A stretch of DNA of 64,000 nt from Octopus bimaculoides (Eukaryota). The stretch lies in the NCBI RefSeq assembly GCF_001194135.2, contig NC_069002.1, positions 36,387,308-36,451,307 of the forward strand. Direction: 5' to 3'. Positions 12,967-30,249 of this stretch are shown piece by piece. The position numbers and the translations under genes are program-made. Below the pieces are notes generated by a model. That model was not told the DNA's origin and ran no database searches. It saw nothing but the letters and a program-made list of their open reading frames with translations. Numbering within the stretch: the first letter of the stretch is position 1; every line of letters starts with the position of its first letter.

Positions 12967-13175
12967 GTCCCCAACCACCGCTTGACAAACGGTGCTGGTA
13001 TGGTTTACGTTCCCGTAAATTAGCGGTCGGTTCCTTTAAATGTGACCAATAGAGTAAGTACCAGACTTCAAATGAGAGTGCTGGGGGTTGATTCATTCGA
13101 CCAAAGTTCTTCAAGACGGTGCCCCAGTATGGCCACAGCCGCATAACTGAAACAATTAAAAGAATAGAAGAATAA
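12965..13175 (+). mobile_element. Microsatellite-containing SINE, 3' half
   Basis: Diverged copy of the 60-270 family following a (gt)n tract. Confidence 0.75.
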
Positions 13176-13769
13176 AAGAAGATATAATATCAAATAATGA
13201 CATTGACTAGTCATAATGTATATAAAGAAATAAACAGCACTGTAGTTGGTATGTCTTTAGGTGCTGCTAATGATTAATGTGTCTTAAATCAGTTTCTGTT
13301 CTTTTTTTTTGGAGGGGGGGGTGCCATTAACGGAGTCGAGCTGGCAGAATCGTTAGCACGCAGGGCAACGTTCTGAGTTCAAAAATTACGTTTTTCCATC
13401 GGAAATTATGGAGCAAAATGTTGCCCGAAAGTGCTATTTGTTTATTGATGCTGTTAGATTTATTATTATAATATTTGGTAATTTGTGTTAGTATTAATAC
13501 TTGTAGTAATATTAGCAAAAGTGATTTTAATAGCAGAAGCAGTAAATGAATTTACGTGTATTGATGTTCGTTGCGCGTTGAAAATAAAGAAGGTAGAAGA
13601 AAATACAAAGGAACCCTATTAAATATCAAAATATCAATTAACATTGTATATCTGTCTATCTAACTGTTTCTCTATCTATTTAATATATTTGTGCATTTGT
13701 GCGTGCGTGTGTACGCGCGTGTGCATATATGTATACATGGTTTAGTGGCTAGGCTCGTGTTCATTCACA

Positions 13770-14130
13770 AAGTACAGAGTAAAATGATGCACATTCACCA
13801 AATACAATCGATGAGATGTAAAGGGAAAATTTGTAAAGCATTCTGGTTATTCTCTTTGTTTGCGGTTCTTGAACTGTACACGTGCAAACCGGCAACAAAC
13901 AAATTAAGCTCTACCACTACCATCATCATCATTACCATAACTTATTCTGTATTTTGTTATTACTAATTCACATACAGCCTCAATGAATAATTTTAATGCT
14001 ACATAGTTGCTATACTCGAATTGTATTCATATTAAGAGCTCAGTAGCCTTCTCTAGTGTAAAATTGATGATATTTATATCATGTTAGTTATCAAGAGAAC
14101 TCTTTCAACACTTGCTAATTCCGACTTTCG
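13770..14130 (-). repeat. Third copy of the KN2 upstream block (TATA degenerate)
   Basis: Aligns with ~8840-9230. GTATGT at 13975; the TATA position reads taatatgaatac. Confidence 0.65.
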
Positions 14131-14133
14131 TTT

Positions 14134-14187
<54 letters not shown>

Positions 14188-17100
14188 CTCTCTCATTACA
14201 TCGTTTTCTCTAAACTAGAATGTATAATTTTCACGTTCATATTTGAATTTTTCGCGTTTCAATTTTTCTCTGTTTTTTACTCATTCCAAAAGTTGATGGA
14301 CATATAGCGGTACATAAAACCGAATCAGAAAATCTCTAGTGAGACTTTTTATTTTTTTGTTTATTTATGTATCCGAGAGGTCACTAGAATTCTACACTGA
14401 GTTTCAGCTCCTCAAATGTAGCATCAATATAATAATTGACCCCTGAGATTTAATAATTGAGATTCTTTAGAAAATTCAACTTATATAGGCATATGCACGG
14501 TATGCACTTCACGATCGAAGACTGGTGGGATTTGGTGGGTATTGGTTACCAAACTTAGTAGGTTAGAGGGACAATAAATGATGTGTATCAAGGCAATTTC
14601 AACTACTTTCGTAAATTACAAAATGTTCAGTCATATTTCGTGAACTCCACAGCTGATTTATGTCCCAATGCTTAATTCTAAATGGTTCATAGGTATTTGG
14701 CGTCACGCATGAACAGATCAAGCGAAACGATATTAACTTTAAAAGAAGAAAACCTTATATCTCACGAAGTCTAAAAACATCCTGAATTCGAAAGTGGGAA
14801 TCAGAAAATATTAAGTAGCTCATATAATGGAAGAAATGACCTACTTATCAACATTAACAATCAACCAGTTCAGAAATAATATTTTACTCTTTTATACATT
14901 TTAACCCAAAGGATTTGGCCATGCTGGAGCACCTCATTTTATATAATATCAAATAAGGATACTTCGTATATTCCACCATGCAAATTACAATCCTGTGTTT
15001 GTCATCCGAAGGACACCACGTCGTTTTTGAAACATATTTATCAATCAAAACACAAAGAAGGGACTCCAGATTTCCATGACTAATATTGGATGAGGGGTAA
15101 GCATTTTTCAGCTGATGGAACTTCTGTGAGTTGTATTTCATAAGTCGACTACATCAATCTCACTGCTCAACTGGTACTTATTTTATCGACCTCGAAAGAA
15201 TGAAAGGCAAAGTCGACTCCAGTGACATTTGAATCCAGAAGGCAATGTCGGAAGAAACGTCGCTGGGCATTTTGTCCGATGCAGTAACGATTCTGCCAAC
15301 TCGCTAATCGTTCTGTCAGTTCATGTAGAATATTAATATTGAATTATGTATTTCATTTTCATCAAATGTTTCTGACAGAAACAGCATAATTTATTACAAA
15401 TTTAATTGTGTAAAGACAAGAATAAAAATTATAATTACTATAGCAAGCTGTTTCATTTTTATTGTTATTGGTATCTTTTACATACTCCTACATATCCATG
15501 CCAATTAATGCAGCATTTCCTTTGAGAATCACTCTTCTTTTCTAAGCAAGGAGAAATATATCAGAATATATTTATATTTGCCAGTTAACGCAGCTGGCAA
15601 ATATAAAAGCAGCGCTCTATGTATAAACTTACACTTAATTTACCAAAACCCAATTTAGATAAATTTAGTCATCTATTCTAGAAAATTTTATAAACTAATA
15701 CAGCGAAAGCCAAGCTATATGTGTGTGGATGTGTGTGTGTGCGTGGTGTTTTTACGAATAAGTAAGTGCCATCACATTAGTTACGAAATGGGTGATCCTG
15801 ATATCAGAAGTACATGTAATTTGATTAATTGCAAAGTAATTAAACTAAATGTTTCAAACCAAATAAAAATGATTTCTTAAAAAGCAAATAAAAGTAAATA
15901 AACAGCACAAGTCTTTAAAACATAGTGCAAAGAGAGTGTCGATTGCATATTCCCCTTAATTAAATTTGTGACACGGTCTATAATTAATCAACGAATATTT
16001 TATTGATCTCTCACACTCTCTCTCTCTTTCTCTTTATCTCTCTCTTCCTCTCTCTCTCTTTCTCTTTATCTCTCTCTTCCTCTCTCTCTCTTTCCATTTC
16101 AATTTCCAAATGTACTTTGAGAAATATTGTTTTCTTTCTACAAGTATTGTGAAATGAGTTTCTGTGTTGATTGTATCTGTCTTTGAAAGTTATGCATGTA
16201 GTTCTGAAATAATATTTTTTTGGTATATCCTTGAAATACCGTTGTCCAGTAGATTTCGTTTTCAGGTAACTTATTCTTATAGTTTAGTGTGTTGATATGT
16301 GGCAGACTCATCTGATTTGAAAAATATTGGTAGTCAAGTCATGTAGCAAATTGCAGCTTAACTGTAATGACTAATTTCTTATGCAGGTAGATATAACTTC
16401 TGTACTGCTACTGTTGAATAGTTTGTGGTAACTATGATCGGTTCAGAATCGTCAGAGGAAAAGTGTAAGGAAGATTTTTGCAGCAGTTGTTCCTTCATTT
16501 TCATCGAAAAGTTGGTTGAGTTAAGTGACATCATATTTTTTCCTGCTTTATTCGGATGGTGGTTTATGTCACTTTTACTATGCATTTGATTTAACATTAC
16601 AACCGCTCGCTTATAAGGATTCGTTTTAGAAGAGTTTTATTGGTTGAATAATGGTTTGTTTATGAAATTGGGAAAAAAAATGCCACTCTATGTTACTGGT
16701 GAGATTCTTTATAATATTAGTGAAGATTCTGGATGGGTGCAGGGATAGGTATATGTGTGTGTGCGCGTGCGCGTGCGCGTGTGCGTGTGTAGTAAATGAA
16801 AGACGGAAGATGGAATGGAATATACGAGAATTTTTATTATTAATCACGACAATTGTTTTGACACATCTAGCATCAATCCCTCACAGGTGAGAAACTTAGC
16901 AACTGGTTCAGGAGCATCCGGTGGTGCCGATGTGTCTCGTCGGTTGATAAATAATACAACGCGTAAAAATAACAGTTCAGCAATGTATCATCTCATTTCG
17001 TAGAAAGAAAAGCAGCAAAACGAAGGAAATATTATTTATATAGAAAATCAAAAATAAAATCACAGATGCCAAAAAGAAACGAACACGCAATACAGCGAAA

Positions 17101-18229
17101 AAAGTAATTAAAATAACCGTTAACAGATATGGATGTATAAATGCCCTTGCGCAAGCTATATGGCGCGTGTACACCCGCTCATATACATATATATATATAN
17201 NNNNNNNNNNNNNNNNNNNNNNNNNNNNNNNNNNNNNNNNNNNNNNNNNNNNNNNNNNNNNNNNNNNNNNNNNNNNNNNNNNNNNNNNNNNNNNNNNNNN
17301 NNNNNNNNNNNNNNNNNNNNNNNNNNNNNNNNNNNNNNNNNNNNNNNNNNNNNNNNNNNNNNNNNNNNNNNNNNNNNNNNNNNNNNNNNNNNNNNNNNNN
17401 NNNNNNNNNNNNNNNNNNNNNNNNNNNNNNNNNNNNNNNNNNNNNNNNNNNNNNNNNNNNNNNNNNNNNNNNNNNNNNNNNNNNNNNNNNNNNNNNNNNN
17501 NNNNNNNNNNNNNNNNNNNNNNNNNNNNNNNNNNNNNNNNNNNNNNNNNNNNNNNNNNNNNNNNNNNNNNNNNNNNNNNNNNNNNNNNNNNNNNNNNNNN
17601 NNNNNNNNNNNNNNNNNNNNNNNNNNNNNNNNNNNNNNNNNNNNNNNNNNNNNNNNNNNNNNNNNNNNNNNNNNNNNNNNNNNNNNNNNNNNNNNNNNNN
17701 NNNNNNNNNNNNNNNNNNNNNNNNNNNNNNNNNNNNNNNNNNNNNNNNNNNNNNNNNNNNNNNNNNNNNNNNNNNNNNNNNNNNNNNNNNNNNNNNNNNN
17801 NNNNNNNNNNNNNNNNNNNNNNNNNNNNNNNNNNNNNNNNNNNNNNNNNNNNNNNNNNNNNNNNNNNNNNNNNNNNNNNNNNNNNNNNNNNNTGTGTGTG
17901 TGTGTGTGTTTCAATGTTTACAAATAACACGGAAAAAATAAATAGTTACCAGGGTAGCAAAAATTCACACAAGTACCGAGGATGTAACAGCCTACTTATA
18001 AAGGTAGAAACTCCAGGTTTAGGTGAAATGTTTTGTATAATGTGGATAAATAAATAAATGGAGTTAAGCACAGATACTATTCAAATTCTTTTATTTCCGA
18101 CATATGTTTCGAAGACAAGATTGGTATTATTCCAGAAGGAACAAAAATGGTGTAAAACAATGCAATCTTCTCATCAGGGAAAGAAAGAAACCAAACGCAT
18201 CATTAAGACATTTTAACAGAATGTGATGA

Positions 18230-18500
18230 CTGCGTATGTGATGAAGGGAATGCTAGCAAGTTTTTTTTTAACCGTTAGTAGATATAATGAACGTAGCAAC
18301 ACTGGGCTTAGTAAACTAATTTGGTATCTAAAGGATCATAATCAGTTTGATTTGGAATGGAATATCCTATCTATATCTTTTCCGTATGATAAAGGTAAAT
18401 CTTTTTGTCCGCTTTGTAACAGTGAAATGTATTTCATCCTGTTCTCAGAGAATCCTCTTGTAAACGTTTATAGAACGCGTTTATCGTTGCAAACATTGGC
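18230..18500 (+). mobile_element. Penelope-like element GIY-YIG C-terminal remnant
   Basis: NTGLSKLIWYLKDHNQFDLEWNILSISFPYDKGKSFCPLCNSEMYFI matches the Penelope endonuclease tail pattern (T.LS..IW.LK.....I.W.I.....PY......C.LC..E). Confidence 0.7.
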
Positions 18501-21012
18501 AAAAACATACCTTAGCTCTATAAGTGATTTCTACCATTCAATAAAATCCGAACTTTGACTGTCTTCTTATATTTCACTTTCACTAAATATACCTACTCCC
18601 ATGTTATCCCCGCTGTATATGGCCGAGTATTACCCTGATGAAAGAACACCTTTCGTCTTCAAACCAAAGATGGTCGTTTTTCTTCTTGAGCTGACTTAAG
18701 CCGCTCAAGCTGCTCACAGTAGATCTCCTTTGTTATCGTTTTGTAAAACATCTTCAGGTATTATGGTCATTTTGAGAAATCGATATTTCTTTATATACAC
18801 ACCGGAACATAAGGTAGCTGCATTTTTTCTATTGTGACATCTTTAATGATGAACTGGTGAATAACTGAAAACATAAATTTATTAACTGTAAAACATGTTG
18901 TGATGTGACCATTTTTATTACTAATTCAAAAATTTATGTAAAATGCAGAAATATTTCGCCTTACTAAGAACTAGAAACGTAGGAGAATGAGCGAACGGGG
19001 AAAGAAAATAGGAAACAGTAGAGCTAAGACTAGATGACTGCTTCGGTCATGTATGGCGAGCCCTCTTTGTTTAAGTATCACCAAGGAATACAAATTTTGC
19101 ACAAGTGAATGTAGTTTACTTACACAGTATACTGTGAGTATAACAAGTATGTGTATGGCTTAAATTATTCGCTTAAATTATGGTTAGTAATGGTAATATG
19201 GACTGCGTAGAGGCGATGTCGCTGGTGGTGGTGGTGGTGGTGGTGGTGGTGGTGGTGGTGGTGGAAAGAGGAAGAGTTTGTTTGTTGAGTTGAGCCGCAG
19301 AGAAGTGGATTTGAAGTTGATGCTCATGTATGTAAGAAGTGACCTTGAATGCTTTACTAGTAGAAAAAGGAAATAAATAGATAAATATTAGAGCCCCGAC
19401 ATACGCTGACGACGTTTCATCTATACATATGTGTATATATATATAATTGAGGAAATGAGAAGTGAAATCGACGTTACGAGTGTTTCCGTAAACGAATATT
19501 GCTTATTCCACACCGCATATAAAGATACACAATACATGCAACATATCCGATACATAACTATTCAATCACTTCCTCAGACACAGTCTTTGAAACACAATCA
19601 ACTTCTGAAATAAATCGGATATGCAGGATAATTTTATATTACTTTATGGCTGTGTCAGCACCAAATGTTATTAGTAGAATGAGACAAATTGTTTTCGATA
19701 AAAAGGAAAAGTGAAACAGATGACATTTTTTTAAATGTATAACATCAAGTACCAATACTTTAAGCTCTGTCAACCCTGACCTGTCTCAATATCAGGATTT
19801 TCCATTATATACGTATACATACTTATGTATAGGTGCAAGCGTAGCTGTGTGGTAAGAGGTTTCCTGCCCACCCACACGGTTTGAATTGAAAGGAAGAATT
19901 ACATCGGGCTATTTGAGGGCGAATTCAAGAGGTGTTATGAAAACCACTTATTTTCTTTCCAACACACCGATAAAAGTAATGCACTTAAGTTAGCTATCCA
20001 CGTATGGTTATTTGAGAGCAGCTCCACACCACAATTAAGTGGAGAATAATGGAGAAATCCAAGCCAACTGTTAATGGATCTAAGAAAGGCAACTTATGCG
20101 TAGCAGAAAGATCTCATATTTTTCTTAGATCCAGCAATTCCAACTCACTGCTTAATTCGAGGTCTGAAATTTTTAGCATGCACGGATCTCTTTATCGAAC
20201 TGGAGAGCATGACCCGCTCCAGACTGAGTTGATGTCTCGAAGACTTTGAAATATTTTCTGTTATTTTCTTCTAAATCAGTTTTTAATGAGCTTTCTGCAA
20301 TCAGGGTCTTAGTTTTATTGATTATTTCGTTTCTCTTTTCTCGTTCCATTTTTGCACCAACCTTCTTCAGGTTTTTTCCACGCTTTTCTTATTTTTTTTT
20401 TTCACTGTCCAGCATCGTTGTTTTTAACATTTGTATAACGCATAAACAGAAGCTGAAAGATTGATTGCTTTAAGACACACGGTGTGTTTATACATATGCC
20501 TGTTCAAGTATCATTAAAGCATGAAACTATTAGTAACTCTTTGGTTGTGTATTTAAATTGATATTTATCTCTCACTAGATGGAGTTCTTTTTCTGTTGAT
20601 TCTACCTATTGGATCTTTTATATATGTGTGTGTGTGTGTGCGTGTGTGTGTGTGTGCGTGTGTGTGTGTGTGTAAGAGAAACTGCGATTCCCTGATGACC
20701 CGTTTGTGTTAAGCATCGAATTGCACTTAGAACATCCAATTAGGAATTTCCAAACATCCACAAGGAAGAAACATACGTAGGAATGAATAATATAAACTTG
20801 TACCTATCGTAATTTCTCTTATGTGTACTCTGTATACCATAACTAGCAATGCTACTAAGTGTAGCTGTTATATAACCATTATACTGAACGCAGACTGGAT
20901 GGTGATGGTCTACGTAGTGCTATAAACTAATAAACTAAACAGTAGCTGTCATACACACAGGATATATTATACACACACGCCTAGGTCAATATCTATATTT
21001 ATCAATCTATCT

Positions 21013-21052
<40 letters not shown>

Positions 21053-21071
21053 GGCAGGCAGACAGACAGAC

Positions 21072-21135
<64 letters not shown>

Positions 21136-21379
21136 GGATCTAATGGATGTCCTTAGAAAGTTTCATTTCACACGAAGAAATTTATATTAGAAAAGCAACG
21201 TGAAGAAAATGCTTTGAGAACTTTTATCATGTGTAAAAGAAAGTATTTACATTTTCGTCAAAATATGTTACCGGTTTCGTTCGCTTTAAAAGCCGATTTT
21301 ATATTTTAGGATCGTAAATTTCAGTTGCTTTTCATCTGTACATACGTCTCTATGTTCACTGAGTCTTATTTACTTGTTT

Positions 21380-21620
21380 TGCCGTATTGTGATCTATGCA
21401 GAGTCATGCGTTGACTTAATGACATTGTGGTCTGTCCCATGCAGCTTTTTCTACATACTAAGCATGTTATTAAGTTTCCAAACGCGCAGGGAAAGTTATA
21501 TTTTATTTTATATCCAGAATTGTGTTCTTGATTAAAGCAGACCACCGATCCTTCTGTTAGACTAAAACATATTCCACAGTTAGATCTTCTACACTCTGTT
21601 AATGTTAGTCCTATCATTGG
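21380..21620 (-). mobile_element. Penelope-like GIY-YIG endonuclease remnant
   Basis: CRRSNCGIC...YKIKYNFPCAFGNLITCLVCRKSCMGQTTMSLSQRMTLHRS resembles the GIY-YIG (C..C...Y.GQT...L..R...H) region. Confidence 0.65.
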
Positions 21621-22407
21621 GTGTATTTTCGCCTGTGATAGCGCTCTTTATAGATTTGGGTTGTCCTTTATGATGGTGTGTTGTGGGATTTGGGTCAGCG
21701 AAATGCAAACTAATTTCACCTGCAAAACAGAAGTACAGGTAAGAAACAGTCAAATTTTACTTTTTCCCTCATACTAATTTAGCAATTGCAAAACACAATA
21801 ATTATGAATCAACAAAAGCAAATACCGACCACATTCCAATGTATTATGATGTCGCCAAAACTATATACAATGCAATCTGCAGGAAACATTGCACTTTGAT
21901 AAATGTATAAAATACTTATGGTTGAGTACACACAAAAAATATTGGAGGAACATACGCATCAAAATATCCACCAACTTGAGACATAATTATTTACAGGAAG
22001 AGACGCCAGCTATAGTAAAACTGTATACAGCCCGTAGATGTTCTGCAACTGTGAGCATTTTTCTTTTCAAAATTAGTAAGAAAAAGAATATTTACACTCA
22101 ACTACTACTAAACAAAGAGCTTTTCTAGCCTTTGATATATATAATTATTTGTCTATGTTACTAAATGCCGTAATGGTAGTCTTAATAAGCTGGGATTTTC
22201 AAACAAAGTCAGCAGTTTTCAGCTTATACAAATTTTGCAAATAAAATCAGTTGAATCGTGGTAAGGTGTAAAAATTATCAAATTCAGCACGAAAACTTTC
22301 ATTCATTTCCTTACCTAAATTCCTTACCTGTTTCTATAGAGACCAGCTTTATCTACATGTCTTCAATATTTCTAATTGTTGACTTTTTTTATACCAACAG
22401 GTTCGGG

Positions 22408-25249
<2,842 letters not shown>

Positions 25250-28200
25250 ATTTCTTTACTTTCTGCTTTTTCCTTGTAAAGTAGATCCGCCTGGTCTGGG
25301 TGTTGCGATAATCATAATCCAAAGTAATCCAAATCAGCAAAAAATAGCAATTCAACCGCGTTTCGACATCATATAAAACTATAGACACATAAAAGTTGCT
25401 AAAACATATCAACGTTCATTGTACAATTCGTTTGTAGAAAATGCGTTATACGAAGTGTTTATGACTTGCAGTTCTTTGTTGCATGTCACGTTATTTAGAA
25501 GGGATTAGTGTTGCTATATGAACAAGAGGAAGCAAAACAGTTGTTATGCAATATTTGGAGACAAGTGAGATGTAAACAGCATCAGTTGAAATTTGTCGAA
25601 TTTTTTCCCAAACCTAAAAATACAGAGTAAAGTAAAACAGCTTGCTAATTGTTTAAGGTTTCAGATTACAGCATATAACATGAGGTTATAGGGGAAAAAA
25701 CGGAGACGAATCTGGTATTACTTGAACAATAATAAATTTATCACAAAAGAGTTCAATCTGTGTCAGTTCATTTCTTGAATAATTAAGAACTTTTGGCGTT
25801 TGCAATAATTCCTCACCGGTTTGATCTGAATTAAATACGTATGTCGTCAAATATATGCTTCCCCCACTCCAAAAACTAGAAGATTACGATAGGAACGGCA
25901 TATAAGGATCACAAATCAACTACAGACAACATATAAGTCCAATGACTCCCCACACACACAACCTGATGCACATGAACCATGAACCTTATACCACGGACTA
26001 ACGCTACTCTATATAGCGTAACCTCTGGACCACCTAGATAAGATGTGCATACTCATAATCAATACAACTCTACCTTATAAAATATGTCATCCATATTGTC
26101 GAATGCCATCAAGACAATTCTATGTGCAGCCCTTGAAATTCATTTTCTTTATATATTATATTGTATTGTGATTATTGTCTGTTTACGCAATCGCGCCAGC
26201 AAGCCTGTCAACTTCCAGGTTTTTATACAATATCTATTAACAATGGCGGACTGGCCTACTTGCCAGCTTTGCAAGTAGGCCCCTGCACCATTAGAATCCA
26301 TATATGGGGACCCATGCTCTCAAATTTGATAATTTTTTATTCAGTCCTGGAAGAATGCATTATTTCGGCTTGGCTGTGTTTGTAGACAGTTGAAAAGGAT
26401 ACTTTTAACAAAACAAAGAAAAAAAACCTTCACATTTTTTATGTTTTATTGCATAAAATTTTAGACACTTTAGAGACGACAGCTTGCGCTAAAAAAGGCA
26501 ATAAATTTAATTTCCTTTGATTTAATGTTATGTGAAAACAAGCGGACAATTACAAACGCGTGTGTACGTGTATACATGCGTATGTGTACGCACGCCCGGG
26601 TGTACTGTATAATTGGCCAGTACAGGGGTTGTAACTGTAATTGTCGTGATTCTTGTTGGTGGATAGCAGATGGAATCTACAAAGCTGACTTTTCATTAAG
26701 CATTTTATCAATTGTGGTTGAATTAAGGAGTCTCAGAGGTTAAGCCTGGGTCAGTTGTTGTTGCAGTTGCAAAGGATTTGAAGAGAAAACACGTTGTTGT
26801 TGCCGTGGTGGTGGTCAGAAGAACGGAAATAAGAATTAAGAGATTTTATTCCCACCAGTCACAAAATTATTATCGAGTTTGTGAATTTGCGAAAAAGGTA
26901 AGAAAAAATTTCCATCATAAGTATTTTGAGATTACAATTTGAAATTTTCCCAAAAATGATATTCAGAAAATCTTTTTTAGCTGAGAAGATTCACAGAATA
27001 ATTTGTTTCTCTTTGAGCAAATATATATATAATTCAGTATAAACTGTTGGTTAAATCGTTTTTATTCAACCGACATTATTGTAAGATCACTCAACGAAGT
27101 ATACCATTAAGGCCAGTGTACTACGGTGTTTAACAATTTAATTTCAATAATGGAGTTTCGGATCGGAACACCCCATGTCGGATTTTCTCCGTTTGACGGT
27201 GATTTTTCCAATTTCTTTTTCACAACGATCTAATTTTTTCCTCACTCCCTCCTTTCTCCTCCTTGCTGCCATCCGGACCGATTTTGGCTCTTTTTTTTTT
27301 TTTTTTTTTTGGTAGTACGCACTTAAAAACGATCGGAGAAGCTTTTACGGTTTTAAAAAAATCATATTTTCACAAGAAAAGGTGTGTGATTTAAACGAGA
27401 TTTAGCAGTTGTTTCTAGCACATCCAAAAATCCCCACTTCAAAATTTCAAATAGCAAATAAATACTGTGACAAAGTAAAATTAAAGTGTTNNNNNNNNNN
27501 NNNNNNNNNNNNNNNNNNNNNNNNNNNNNNNNNNNNNNNNNNNNNNNNNNNNNNNNNNNNNNNNNNNNNNNNNNNNNNNNNNNNNNNNNNNNNNNNNNNN
27601 NNNNNNNNNNNNNNNNNNNNNNNNNNNNNNNNNNNNNNNNNNNNNNNNNNNNNNNNNNNNNNNNNNNNNNNNNNNNNNNNNNNNNNNNNNNNNNNNNNNN
27701 NNNNNNNNNNNNNNNNNNNNNNNNNNNNNNNNNNNNNNNNNNNNNNNNNNNNNNNNNNNNNNNNNNNNNNNNNNNNNNNNNNNNNNNNNNNNNNNNNNNN
27801 NNNNNNNNNNNNNNNNNNNNNNNNNNNNNNNNNNNNNNNNNNNNNNNNNNNNNNNNNNNNNNNNNNNNNNNNNNNNNNNNNNNNNNNNNNNNNNNNNNNN
27901 NNNNNNNNNNNNNNNNNNNNNNNNNNNNNNNNNNNNNNNNNNNNNNNNNNNNNNNNNNNNNNNNNNNNNNNNNNNNNNNNNNNNNNNNNNNNNNNNNNNN
28001 NNNNNNNNNNNNNNNNNNNNNNNNNNNNNNNNNNNNNNNNNNNNNNNNNNNNNNNNNNNNNNNNNNNNNNNNNNNNNNNNNNNNNNNNNNNNNNNNNNNN
28101 NNNNNNNNNNNNNNNNNNNNNNNNNNNNNNNNNNNNNNNNNNNNNNNNNNNNNNNNNNNNNNNNNNNNNNNNNNNNNNNNNNNNNNNNNNNNNNNNNNNN

Positions 28201-29094
28201 NNNNNNNNNNNNNNNNNNNNNNNNNNNNNNNNNNNNNNNNNNNNNNNNNNNNNNNNNNNNNNNNNNNNNNNNNNNNNNNNNNNNNNNNNNNNNNNNNNNN
28301 NNNNNNNNTTTTTTTTTTTTTTTTTTTTTGAAAAATTGTAATTTTACAAGCAATTTTTGTTTTTTGTTTTTTTTTTTTCAGAATAATAATCTCCGTATTT
28401 TTCTATGTATTTCGCGAAAAAAATTTCCGGAAAAAGTGAAAAGTGAAGAAATGGTTGGGGAATTGAAATTTCTTGAAATTGCGATTTTTGAAAATTGTTT
28501 TTCAGAATTGGAATCTCCATAGCCTAAAACGTGGGACAGTTATGGAAAAATATCAATACATGTGACAGTGACAAAGAAAAGAGGATGTGCTAGAAACAGC
28601 CAAATCACCCTTAAATCACACAGCTTTCTGTTTGAAAATATTTATTTTCTTTTTTACCGAAAAGGCTTCTCTCATTGTTTTTAAGTGCGTAATGCCAAAA
28701 AAATTCACCAATATCTGCTAGGAGGATGAGATTGAGGTGAAGAAAAAAATAAATTTTCAAAAACATTTTTCATAAAAAGACCCCCTCTACCACCACCAAC
28801 ACATTACCCCGAAGGCCTGAGTGAAAAATAAAATTCGAAAGATCCCTGTCAAAACGGAGAAAATTAAACTTACGTGGGCGTTCTGATCCAAAGCTCCACC
28901 TCAATAATTTCTTAACAGCATGATGCGTAAATATGTATGTACTTATATAAATATATATATGTATTTATACATATATAGATATATATGTGTGTAATTGTAT
29001 GTATGTATGTATGTATGTATGTATGTGAGCAGATTCGTATGTTTTGTTTTATGTATATATTCTCATGCATATAGTTGCATATCTAGACAGGCTC

Positions 29095-29340
29095 ATATAT
29101 ACTTAAATGATAAACTTCTGGAAAGTTTTACAGATTTGTACAGTTCCAGTGATTGATTGGATCGGTAGTCTTCGAATCAGCTTTCTCTCTCTTCTGGATT
29201 TGAAGAGGCTTAATTTCTCAAGATTGGTATTTGGGCAGTGTGTTACATATTCTATTGCCCCAATAATTACAGGTATAAACCTGAACTTGTAATCTGGATA
29301 AAGTAACTACAGATTTCTCATAGTTTAGTGTAGGTATTCT
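29095..29340 (-). mobile_element. R4/Dong-like non-LTR retrotransposon C-terminal (REL endonuclease) remnant
   Basis: Minus strand gives PDYKFRFIPVIIGAIEYV...LPIQSITGTVQICKTF. Confidence 0.6.
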
Positions 29341-30249
29341 CTTTTTCACTTATCTTCAGCTTTATGTTAACATCCGCTGGGCAGCTGATTTCCACAATTG
29401 TACACAGTTTCTCTTCTCTATTTCAAATCATTACATCGTTTATTCCTTGACCAATTTTGCATACATGAAGCTGATAACATCATGAGGCATGGAAGACAAC
29501 TCAATGAACAGCATTCCTTGTCTGATAACCTAGAATACATGCCCAAAGAAGTTACCCGACTCTACTGCAATATATCATCAGATGAAAGGATGAGCGTATA
29601 TGAGCAGAAGATCATGCATGGATATGTTAGTAGAAAACTCCGATATGATAGTAACAATGATCATCAATGCTGTATGACTTGGGTGTAATTCAGAGACATT
29701 AACTTCTTCGAAATTCTTCTTTCTCTTCACATCAGATTTTCGTCCATCTATGTATGCATGTATGTATGTTTGTATTGGACATTGCTTGTGTCCTGTAAAA
29801 TGAATGTTTTCTCTATTTCACATAATGATATTGTTCATTGAACGAGAGTAATATATATATACGCATTTGCATATATAAATTACACAATGAGCCTTTATAT
29901 GCGAACATATGTACCACGATTGAACGCAAAAGATTTATGTCTTAACATTATAATTCAGACTTTATTTTATTAGTTTTATACGATGTTGAATAATCTTTTC
30001 TACTCTAGGCACAAGGCCCTAAATTTGGGGGGAGGGGCCAGTCAATCAGATCGATTCCAGTAAGCAACTGGTACATAATTTATCGACCACGAAAGGATGA
30101 AAGGCAAAGTTGACCTCAGCGGAATTTAAACCCAGAACGTAAAGACAGACGCCTTTACGATGCTGAATAATAGCCGGACACTTAGATCGGGCAGGTCCAT
30201 AATTTGTAAAAGAAATGCTAACAAACAAATACGTATACATATATAATTA

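Noticed and set aside
26525-26743. Cys-containing ORF (YCIIGQYRGCNCNCRDSCWW)
   Set aside because: The Cys spacing does not fit the family, there is no KR site or good acceptor, and part of it derives from a (ca/gt) tract.
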